Assembly (NCBI GenBank): GCA_016214555.1
Contig: JACROF010000012.1
Location: 203,485-267,484 of the forward strand
Reading direction: 5' to 3'
DNA length: 64,000 nt
Source: Candidatus Levyibacteriota bacterium
GTDB lineage: Bacteria; Patescibacteriota; Microgenomatia; Levybacterales; UBA12049
In this document: piece by piece, positions 56,446 to 64,000 of the stretch
Layout of the letters: each line of letters begins with the position of its first letter
How positions within the stretch are numbered: position 1 is the first letter of the stretch
The notes under the pieces: generated by a model
Seen by the model: the letters and a program-made list of their open reading frames with translations, nothing else
Told to the model about the DNA's origin: nothing
The model's database searches: none
Made by a program: the position numbers and the translations under genes

Positions 56446-58446
56446 ATGGCCCATTTTTCTTTCTTAAGTTTTTATTTCCCTCTGTATTTAACCTTGTTTT
56501 TTGTTGCAGCATATGTTTCATTTTATTTACCAGGAGCCTTAGTTTTATCAAATAAAAAATATAGTACTGGATTAAAGATTCTTTTGCCGCTAGTTATTGG
56601 TATCGTCCTTTGGGGGTTCCAAGGGTATATTTTTGGCTATCTCCATTTACGTTTTCTCACATATTTATATTTGTTTTTTGTTCTCATTTTTTCTTTAAAA
56701 AAGAAAATAATCACCACTGAAATTATTAAGGAGAGTTTTACTTGGATTAAAAGAAACATTTTTCCAGTAGTTGCAATTATTATTTTGGTCATACTTCAGC
56801 TAACTCCAATTTTTACATCTGGTATGCTTTATTTTGATGGTGTAAGGTTTATAGGGGTAAACTCAACTGATGGGGTTATGCACTTAGCATTTATCCAAAG
56901 TATAGCTCATTATTTTCCTCCAATAGAACCCGGTTCATACGCAAATCCACTGACAAATTATCATTACTGGTCTGATCTTATTATGGCAGAGATTGTGCGT
57001 ATTTGGAAAATACCTGTTGCAAATGTATTTTTTCAATTTTTTCCGATGGTGTTATCTGTACTAACAGCTATTTCTGCATATCAATTGGTTCGACAACTTG
57101 GATTTTCATCAAAAGCAGGGTATTGTGCAATTTTTTTACTATTTTTTGGTGGTGATGCAACATACGTTTTGATGATGTTTTTTAGACATGAATTAACATT
57201 TTCCACCCCGGTTATTGATAATGGCATGACGCAATTTCTTAATATGCCAAACGCATTTGCACGACCAATTTTTATTACTGGAATTTTAACTTTTTATCTA
57301 TGGTTGAAAGAAGCAAAGATATTTTGGGGAATTATTACTGTGTTAATTTTCGCAAGTCTTTTTGGTATAAAGATATACTATGGTATTTTCGTTCTAATAG
57401 GTTTTAGCTTTGTTTTGTTATACAAATGTATTGAAGGTCTAATTAATAAGCAGTGGAATATTATCAAAGTTGCGAAAGACATCCTTCGTAGTTATTTACC
57501 TTTTTATTTAGTTTTTATTTTTGTATCTTTTGCAATTTATTTTCCACCAAATAAAATGTCGGGAGGTCTTGGGTGGTACCCATTAGAGTGGCCTAAAATT
57601 TTTCTTGGCTCAGAAGTGCTCAATTGGGGAGATTGGTGGCTTCGTCACCAGGTTTATGAACAGGCCAACAATATAAAAGGCATCCTTTTTTTAGATACTG
57701 TAGCCATAGTAATAGCATTGATATCAATTCATGGGACACGACTTCTAGGTTTTTTTTCTCTATTAGAAGTGCGTAAAATAAGTCCAGCCATGCTCTTTTT
57801 CTTAGGTCCTGCAATAATTATTTTTCATGTTTTTGGGTTATTTACTCTCCAATCTTCAGGTGGATTAAATGTATTTAATTTTTTTGTAGTAACTACAGTA
57901 ATACTAAGTATCATGCTTGCAATGGGAATCGACCTATTTTTTGTTAATAGGAAAAAAATACAAATCGCTTTTGTAATTATAATCACCTTGTTAACAGTGC
58001 CAAGAGCGCTGACAGAGATAGTTGGATATTCAGACTCATCATACAATCCAAAAAAATATCATCTGATTTCAAATGATGAAGTTGAAGCATTTGAGTATAT
58101 TAGAAAAAATACAAAACAAGATTCAATTATTCAATCTCATCCTGTAAATCCAGTTGATGCTGAGACGCCATATGTTTCGTATTTTTCAGATAGATTTTCC
58201 TATTTATCAGGAGTTAGATTGCAAATAACTCATAACCAACCTGTTGGAAAAAGAAGTAAAGAGATGCATACCCTTTTTTCATCTACTGATTCTCCAACCT
58301 TTTTCGCAAAAGCAAAAGAATATAACTTAGATCTAATATATATACAAAAAAATGTAGAACAGAAATTAAAATTCTTTCCTGATAAAAATTTAATAAAACC
58401 AATTTTTGAGAATAATTCTGTCATTGTATATAAAATTTCTGAATAA
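56446..58446 (+). CDS. Polytopic membrane protein, probable GT-C glycosyltransferase
   Basis: D...HL..I......PP..P......L.NYHY motif; C-terminal soluble domain. Confidence 0.7.
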   Translation: MAHFSFLSFYFPLYLTLFFVAAYVSFYLPGALVLSNKKYSTGLKILLPLVIGIVLWGFQGYIFGYLHLRFLTYLYLFFVLIFSLKKKIITTEIIKESFTWIKRNIFPVVAIIILVILQLTPIFTSGMLYFDGVRFIGVNSTDGVMHLAFIQSIAHYFPPIEPGSYANPLTNYHYWSDLIMAEIVRIWKIPVANVFFQFFPMVLSVLTAISAYQLVRQLGFSSKAGYCAIFLLFFGGDATYVLMMFFRHELTFSTPVIDNGMTQFLNMPNAFARPIFITGILTFYLWLKEAKIFWGIITVLIFASLFGIKIYYGIFVLIGFSFVLLYKCIEGLINKQWNIIKVAKDILRSYLPFYLVFIFVSFAIYFPPNKMSGGLGWYPLEWPKIFLGSEVLNWGDWWLRHQVYEQANNIKGILFLDTVAIVIALISIHGTRLLGFFSLLEVRKISPAMLFFLGPAIIIFHVFGLFTLQSSGGLNVFNFFVVTTVILSIMLAMGIDLFFVNRKKIQIAFVIIITLLTVPRALTEIVGYSDSSYNPKKYHLISNDEVEAFEYIRKNTKQDSIIQSHPVNPVDAETPYVSYFSDRFSYLSGVRLQITHNQPVGKRSKEMHTLFSSTDSPTFFAKAKEYNLDLIYIQKNVEQKLKFFPDKNLIKPIFENNSVIVYKISE

Positions 58447-58491
58447 TACTGAGTTCTGGAAATAATGTAGTTATTTCTCTACAATGGTACT

Positions 58492-59262
58492 ATGCAATCA
58501 TTATCAGTCGTCTTGGCTACATTTAATGAAGAGGAGAATATCGGAAAGTGCTTAAATTCCATAAGAGATATAGCTCAAGAAATAGTTGTAGTTGATGGAA
58601 CGTCTTCTGATAGAACAGTAGAGATTGCAAAAAGATATGGGGCAAAGGTTTATATCACTGAAAATAAGCAAAATTTCCATATTAACAAACAAATGGCAAT
58701 TGACAATGCAACCAAAAGTTGGATACTGCAACTTGATGCCGACGAAGTTGTGTCTAAAAGTCTACAAAGTGAAATTGAACAAAAAATTCAAATTAAAAAT
58801 AACGAAATACATGGATACTGGATGCCGAGAAAAAATTGGTTTTTAGGCAAATTCTTGACAAAAGGTGGTCAGTACCCTGACTATACACTGCGACTTTATC
58901 GAAAAGGCAGCGGAAGACTTCCACAAAAAGATGTTCATGAACAAGCAGTGGTTGAAGGAGAAACAGAGTACTTAACTCATCCGCTTCTACACTATCCCTA
59001 TAAAGATTTTAAACATTATTTTCAAAAATGGATAAGATATGTCGATCTCACATCATCGCAGATCAGGGTACAAAAAGATTTTTTTACAATAAAAAAATTT
59101 ATTTCCTATCTTTTCGTATTGCCAATGTATTGGTTTTTTCTTATTTACCTAAGACATAAGGGATTTGTAGATTTATGGCCTGGATTTCTTTTTGCATTTT
59201 TTTCTGCTCTTCGTTATCCGACTTCGTATCTACGCGCACTTTTTCTCAATGAAAAAAAATAA
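58492..59262 (+). CDS. GT2 glycosyltransferase (beta-1,4-glucosyltransferase-like)
   Basis: NEE.NI..CL.S, LDADE, YPDY..RL and VHE motifs. Confidence 0.9.
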   Translation: MQSLSVVLATFNEEENIGKCLNSIRDIAQEIVVVDGTSSDRTVEIAKRYGAKVYITENKQNFHINKQMAIDNATKSWILQLDADEVVSKSLQSEIEQKIQIKNNEIHGYWMPRKNWFLGKFLTKGGQYPDYTLRLYRKGSGRLPQKDVHEQAVVEGETEYLTHPLLHYPYKDFKHYFQKWIRYVDLTSSQIRVQKDFFTIKKFISYLFVLPMYWFFLIYLRHKGFVDLWPGFLFAFFSALRYPTSYLRALFLNEKK

Positions 59263-60715
59263 AAAAAGATTTTTTACTTGGATCAAAGATCCACTACGTG
59301 TTGTTTTATTAGTGATTTTTATAGGTGGAGTTTTTTTTCGATTTGCAAATACTCCTGACAAGTTTGGATTTGATAAAGACCCAACAAGAGACGCTCTTAT
59401 TGCAATACATATATCTGATAATTTTGCTTTTCCTCTCGTAGGGCCACATTCAGGAATTGGATCTTTTAGTTTTGGACCGTGGTATTACTATGATTTGGGC
59501 CTATTTAGAATTTTGACTGCGAAATTAGTTCCGCCATTTTATTTTATCCCACTTTATTCAATATTTTTTATTCTTGGGATGTATTTTCTGGGTAAAGAGT
59601 TAAAAGATGAAAAGTTAGGGGTTATTCTTGCAGGTCTTGCTGCTTTTACTCCGGCCCAAACGGGTCCAATTACAGGATTAAGCAATCCAAATCTTATTCC
59701 TGTTCATGCAGTGTTAAGTGTTCTATATTTCGTTTTTTTACTTAAAAACAAGCTAACAGCAAAAAAATCATTACTCTGGGGACTGGTAATGGGGGTAGGC
59801 ATAAATCATCATTATCAAATGCTTCCTTTAATGATTCTCCCTCTCATAGGATTTTTTGTTAAAAGAGAAAAAAAAGTAATTTTTTTGTTTTTTCTTACTT
59901 TTTTTATTTCATTTATCCCTTTTATAATTTTTAATATATTAACGAACTGGTCATCATTTTTTGGGTTAATTAAATATCTTGGTGAGGGAGGTGTATATAT
60001 TCCTAATAGTTGGGTAATTTACTTACGAGATTTTTGGCCTTTATATTTGGAGAATGTAGTCGGGTTAAATTCCAAGATAAGCCTACTTTTGTATTTAATT
60101 GTGATATTATTTCACTTTGTTCTTCTGATAAAAAAAAGGTTATCTAGAGAATATTTACTTCTGCTACTTGTTGGATTTATTTTATTCGTTCACCTTCGTT
60201 ACTTTAAAGGAACAAGGGAATATTATTACATGTTTTATTTTCTTCCTTTCATTCTTTTATATCTTGGAATGTTTTTGAGGAGTTTGTTAGATTTTAAAAA
60301 AGGATTTTCTGTTTTCATTTTTATTTGTGTCATTCTCTTTGCTAACTCTATTCCGGTTAATATTTCAAAATTATCAAGTAGAATAGATCAAAAAGAATCT
60401 TATGAAAACGCTAAATTATTGAGTAACTACTCATTTGGAAAAAAAATTTCACTTTATTCATGTAAAGAGCACTCAATAAATATTGCTGAGGGCACAGTAT
60501 ATTTTTTGTATACAATGAAAAAACTTGGTGATCAAACTAGAGTTATATATACAGGTAAAATGAATGAGTGCCAAATCCCAAAAAAAAGTAAAAGTGTTAC
60601 AGAGAACTTTTATGACGTCTCAAGCTTTAATGATCGTGAAATTAAGGAATTAGGTTGGAGAAGCATATCCCCCGAAGCAATTTATCATGAAACAACAGAG
60701 TGGTGGAAGTATTAG
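59249..60715 (+). CDS. ArnT/PMT-like GT-C glycosyltransferase
   Basis: F..D..RD......, PL.GP.S......GP.YYY and NPN motifs; ATG 59249. Confidence 0.8.
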   Translation: MKKNKKRFFTWIKDPLRVVLLVIFIGGVFFRFANTPDKFGFDKDPTRDALIAIHISDNFAFPLVGPHSGIGSFSFGPWYYYDLGLFRILTAKLVPPFYFIPLYSIFFILGMYFLGKELKDEKLGVILAGLAAFTPAQTGPITGLSNPNLIPVHAVLSVLYFVFLLKNKLTAKKSLLWGLVMGVGINHHYQMLPLMILPLIGFFVKREKKVIFLFFLTFFISFIPFIIFNILTNWSSFFGLIKYLGEGGVYIPNSWVIYLRDFWPLYLENVVGLNSKISLLLYLIVILFHFVLLIKKRLSREYLLLLLVGFILFVHLRYFKGTREYYYMFYFLPFILLYLGMFLRSLLDFKKGFSVFIFICVILFANSIPVNISKLSSRIDQKESYENAKLLSNYSFGKKISLYSCKEHSINIAEGTVYFLYTMKKLGDQTRVIYTGKMNECQIPKKSKSVTENFYDVSSFNDREIKELGWRSISPEAIYHETTEWWKY

Positions 60716-60768
60716 TTGACAAGAAACATTCTGTTTGCGATCTCTTATTTTTTTGATACAATTATCAA

Positions 60769-61743
60769 ATGGCCGTATTGGTTACAGGTGGTGCAGGATA
60801 TATTGGAAATTTTATGACAAGACGTCTCCTTGATGATGGAGAAGAGGTAGTCGTAATAGATTCACTTGAACGGGGACATATCGAGTCATTGGACAAAAGA
60901 ATAACTTTTCTAAAAGGCACTTTACTTGATAGATCCTTTTTGAAAGAAGCATTTATCCAGCATTCAATATCTGCTGTCATTCACTTCGCAGGGTATATCT
61001 CAGTCGCAGAGTCTGTTAAAAAACCAAGCGCGTATATTACCAATAATGTAATAGCAACGCTTAACTTGCTTGACGAGATGATAAATGCGCAGGTGAACAA
61101 GATTGTATTCGCCTCTACAGCTGCAGTATACGGTAATCCAACAAAAATACCTATTCCTGAAGATCATCCAAAGAATCCAGAAAGCCCTTATGGAGATAGT
61201 AAATTGATGGTTGAGAAGATTTTCCATTGGTATGAGAAGGCGAATGGACTAAGGCATGTTACTCTTAGATTTTTTAATGCATCGGGAGCAGCTCTAGACG
61301 GAAGCATGGGAGAAGATCATCAACCAGAAACGCATATTATTCCCAATGCAATTCTTGCTGCAATTAATAAAACACCTTTTACTCTCTATGGAAAAGACTA
61401 TGATACGCCAGATGGGACGTGTATTAGAGATTATATCCACGTGTTGGATCTCGCTCAGGCTCATATTCTTGCATTGAAAAAGATTTCAGAATTTCCTGGT
61501 GGATATCAATATAATGTAGGAACAGGAAAAGGCTACTCAAATAAAGAGGTTGTCGAGATGGTAGAGAAGGTATCCGGTGAGAAAATGAATATAGTATTTC
61601 ATGAAAGAAGGCCTGGAGACTCAGATAAATTGATTGCCGATCCTTCAAGAATATTTAGTGAATTATCATTTAAGCCTCAATATTCTGATCTTGAGACTAT
61701 TGTTTCTTCTGCTTGGAAATGGCATACAAGAGATAGGAGATGA
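60769..61743 (+). CDS. galE: UDP-glucose 4-epimerase
   Basis: VTGGAGYIG, HFA....V.ES, YG.SK, PETH.IP, TPDGTCIRDYIHV.DLA and RRPGD motifs. Confidence 0.93.
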   Translation: MAVLVTGGAGYIGNFMTRRLLDDGEEVVVIDSLERGHIESLDKRITFLKGTLLDRSFLKEAFIQHSISAVIHFAGYISVAESVKKPSAYITNNVIATLNLLDEMINAQVNKIVFASTAAVYGNPTKIPIPEDHPKNPESPYGDSKLMVEKIFHWYEKANGLRHVTLRFFNASGAALDGSMGEDHQPETHIIPNAILAAINKTPFTLYGKDYDTPDGTCIRDYIHVLDLAQAHILALKKISEFPGGYQYNVGTGKGYSNKEVVEMVEKVSGEKMNIVFHERRPGDSDKLIADPSRIFSELSFKPQYSDLETIVSSAWKWHTRDRR

Positions 61744-61816
61744 CCTCAATCCGCAAATTAAAATATTCCCTTAAAACCTCTTCAAATTTATACTCTTATC
61801 AACGTATAATACGTAT

Positions 61817-62869
61817 ATGAGGATAGCTATCGATGTTTCACCTTTAGAATCTGGTCACAAGATAAGAGGGGTAGGTTTTTACCTTAAGAATTTAAAAGAT
61901 TCTCTTGAGACATATTTTCCAACGAATACTTACACATACTTTACTGGTAAATTGCCTGGTGGAGTATTTGACGTAATACATTATCCATATTTTGATCCAT
62001 TTTTTGTATCATTGCCTTTTTTCCATTCGTATCCAGTTGTGGTTACTGTTCATGACCTGACACCAATTATTTTTCCAAGTGAATTTCCTGCAGGAGTAAG
62101 AGGAAGCCTTAAATGGAGGATGAACAAATTTTTACTTTCAAAAGCAGACATTATTATTACAGATTCTGATTCTTCAACGAAAGATGTTTCTAAATTTGTT
62201 CGTATAGCATCTTCAAAAGTGAAGACAGTGACCTTAGCAGCAGGTAAAGAATTTCATCCTTTAAAAAAGGTATCACCACTTTTTAAGAATCTGCAAAAAA
62301 AATATGATTTGCCTGAAAAATTTGTAATGTATGTTGGAGATGTTACATGGAATAAAAACCTTCCAAGACTTTGTAAGGCAGTAATCGACTCGAATGTTCC
62401 TCTTGTTATGGTTGGAAAAGCGATAACAGACAAAGATTTTGATGAAGCAAATCCTTGGAATAAAGATAGGGTGTTAATGCATAATCTTATAAAAAATAAT
62501 TCATTATTTTTCCCAGTTGGATTTATTTCAACAGAGGATTTAAATATACTTTATAACAAGGCATCTGCACTGGTTATGCCGTCTCTCTATGAAGGTTTTG
62601 GGCTTCCTGTAGCTGAGGCAATGCAATCTGGGTGCCCTGTGATAACAAGTCGAGAAGGTTCTTTGTCTGAGGTTGGTGGTGAAGCGGTATTGTATGTTGA
62701 TGCATATTCTCAGGACAGTATTTCAGCTGGGATTAAAAAGGTGTTTAACTTAGAATCTTTGCAACACGATCTTTCTAAAAAAGGTATTGTCCAGTCCAAA
62801 AAATTTTCATGGAAAATAACAGCAGAGAAAACATTAAAAGCATACGAGTTAGCTCTGAAGGAAGCATGA
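61817..62869 (+). CDS. GT4 glycosyltransferase (MtfB/WbaZ-like)
   Basis: RGVG.Y, VTVHDL, KNL and PSLYEGFGLPV.EAM..G.PV motifs. Confidence 0.92.
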   Translation: MRIAIDVSPLESGHKIRGVGFYLKNLKDSLETYFPTNTYTYFTGKLPGGVFDVIHYPYFDPFFVSLPFFHSYPVVVTVHDLTPIIFPSEFPAGVRGSLKWRMNKFLLSKADIIITDSDSSTKDVSKFVRIASSKVKTVTLAAGKEFHPLKKVSPLFKNLQKKYDLPEKFVMYVGDVTWNKNLPRLCKAVIDSNVPLVMVGKAITDKDFDEANPWNKDRVLMHNLIKNNSLFFPVGFISTEDLNILYNKASALVMPSLYEGFGLPVAEAMQSGCPVITSREGSLSEVGGEAVLYVDAYSQDSISAGIKKVFNLESLQHDLSKKGIVQSKKFSWKITAEKTLKAYELALKEA

Positions 62870-64000
62870 AAGATAAAGTTATTAGCCTTGCAAAACATCC
62901 TCTGATAACCGGGAGTAGTATTGTGTTTCTCGGCACTTTTGGATCAAATATTGTTAATTATATCTTTAATCTTTTAATGGGAAGAATGCTATCTGTCTCT
63001 GACTATGGCCTCCTAACATCGCTTAATTCACTTTTTATTTTAGTAGGAATTTTTAGTGTGTCATTTGTTAGCGTTATTACAAAATTTTCTGCAAAATATT
63101 TTAGTTCAAATGATAACAATGGAGCTGTAATACTCCTCAGACATGCGGGAAAATTTATCGTTATCTTTTCAAGCTTACTGTTTTTGACTTTATTATTATT
63201 GACTCCACAAATTGGATCATTTCTCCATATCTCAAACCATCTATATATTGTCCTTGTTTTAATATCGATATTTTTTTCCTTAATGTTCTCTCTACCATTG
63301 GGTTTTATTCAGGGACGATTGCAATTTTCTCTTTACTCAGCCATTGCACTTGCTCAACCTCTTATTAGATTAATAGCTGCCATACTATTTATTTCGATAG
63401 GATTTTCTGTTTTGGGTCCGATTATCGGTATTGCTCTTTCGACGGCTCTCCCTGCAATCGCTTGCTTTATTTATCTAGGAAAAAAATATCGTCAGGTTGA
63501 TAAGGAAAAATTTGATACTAAAAATTTCAAAAAAGAGTTCATTCATTATACATACACTTATTTTTTGGCTGGAATTGGGCTCTCGCTTCTATCTAACACC
63601 GATATTATTCTTGTCAGACATTTTTTTGATTCTACTATTGCAGGACAATATGCGGCATTATCATTGATGGGTAAAGCCATTTTTTATTTTACTAGTCCAA
63701 TAAGTATTGTTTTTTTTCCTATAATTGCGTATAAAAAAGAGAGAAAAGAACGACTCCTTCAAACCGTTCTCTTGGCTGTTGGATCGGTAGTGATCTCATC
63801 TGGGGTTCTTACCTTTATTTATTTTGCATTTCCTGATCTTGTTCTAAGAGTGTTTTTTCCCAAGCCAAATTATGCAATTCTCAGTGAGTATTTAGGATAT
63901 TATTCACTTTATATTCTAATTTTTTCTGTTGGCGCACTCATGAATAGCTACTTCCTGTCGATCGGAAAAACAAAAGTGTATCTTATAACACTTATTGGAG
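62866..64000 (+). CDS. Wzx/MOP-family flippase, truncated by the window end
   Basis: ATGA overlap with the upstream stop; MKDKVISLAKHPLITGSSIVFLG...NY.FNL.MGR.L...DYG, later D...V.HFF....AG.Y. Confidence 0.85.
   Translation, partial: MKDKVISLAKHPLITGSSIVFLGTFGSNIVNYIFNLLMGRMLSVSDYGLLTSLNSLFILVGIFSVSFVSVITKFSAKYFSSNDNNGAVILLRHAGKFIVIFSSLLFLTLLLLTPQIGSFLHISNHLYIVLVLISIFFSLMFSLPLGFIQGRLQFSLYSAIALAQPLIRLIAAILFISIGFSVLGPIIGIALSTALPAIACFIYLGKKYRQVDKEKFDTKNFKKEFIHYTYTYFLAGIGLSLLSNTDIILVRHFFDSTIAGQYAALSLMGKAIFYFTSPISIVFFPIIAYKKERKERLLQTVLLAVGSVVISSGVLTFIYFAFPDLVLRVFFPKPNYAILSEYLGYYSLYILIFSVGALMNSYFLSIGKTKVYLITLIG

Noticed and set aside
1-64000. Prophage, integron, CRISPR-Cas, rRNA or a recognisable defence operon
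   Set aside because: No integrase, phage structural, cas, rRNA or known defence genes were recognised, and no attC-like shared repeat accompanies the cassettes.

Overview
AT-rich bacterial chromosome segment. Gene content and style suggest a Patescibacteria/CPR (Microgenomates-like) genome; this is an inference. The left 25 kb holds housekeeping genes (rarA, gpmA, eno, typA, lon with a CIRCE, an HrpA-like helicase), tRNA-Gln(CTG), tRNA-Glu(CTC), a csoR copper operon, an HxlR/LUD pair and many small orphan genes. The right 39 kb is a very large surface-glycosylation cluster: about 15 GT-C-type polytopic membrane glycosyltransferases, 8 GT2, 2 GT4, 2 Wzx-like flippases and galE. Main unexplained signals: (1) The orphan genes share a cassette layout of sigma70 promoter, boxA-like motif and strong Shine-Dalgarno, usually with a leader segment complementary to the sequence at or after the stop codon (up to 15 bp perfect, a different sequence in each cassette). 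This resembles rRNA-style boxA plus a long-range stem closing an mRNA. Most core genes instead look leaderless (-10 box, 6 nt, start codon). (2) Both tRNAs are flanked by duplicated copies of their own ends, each interrupted about 10-11 nt in by a palindromic insert, and one copy sits next to a GIY-YIG nuclease gene whose stop codon lies inside the tRNA. (3) REP/REPIN-like palindromes, an unannotated 35-aa basic peptide and a candidate ncRNA.
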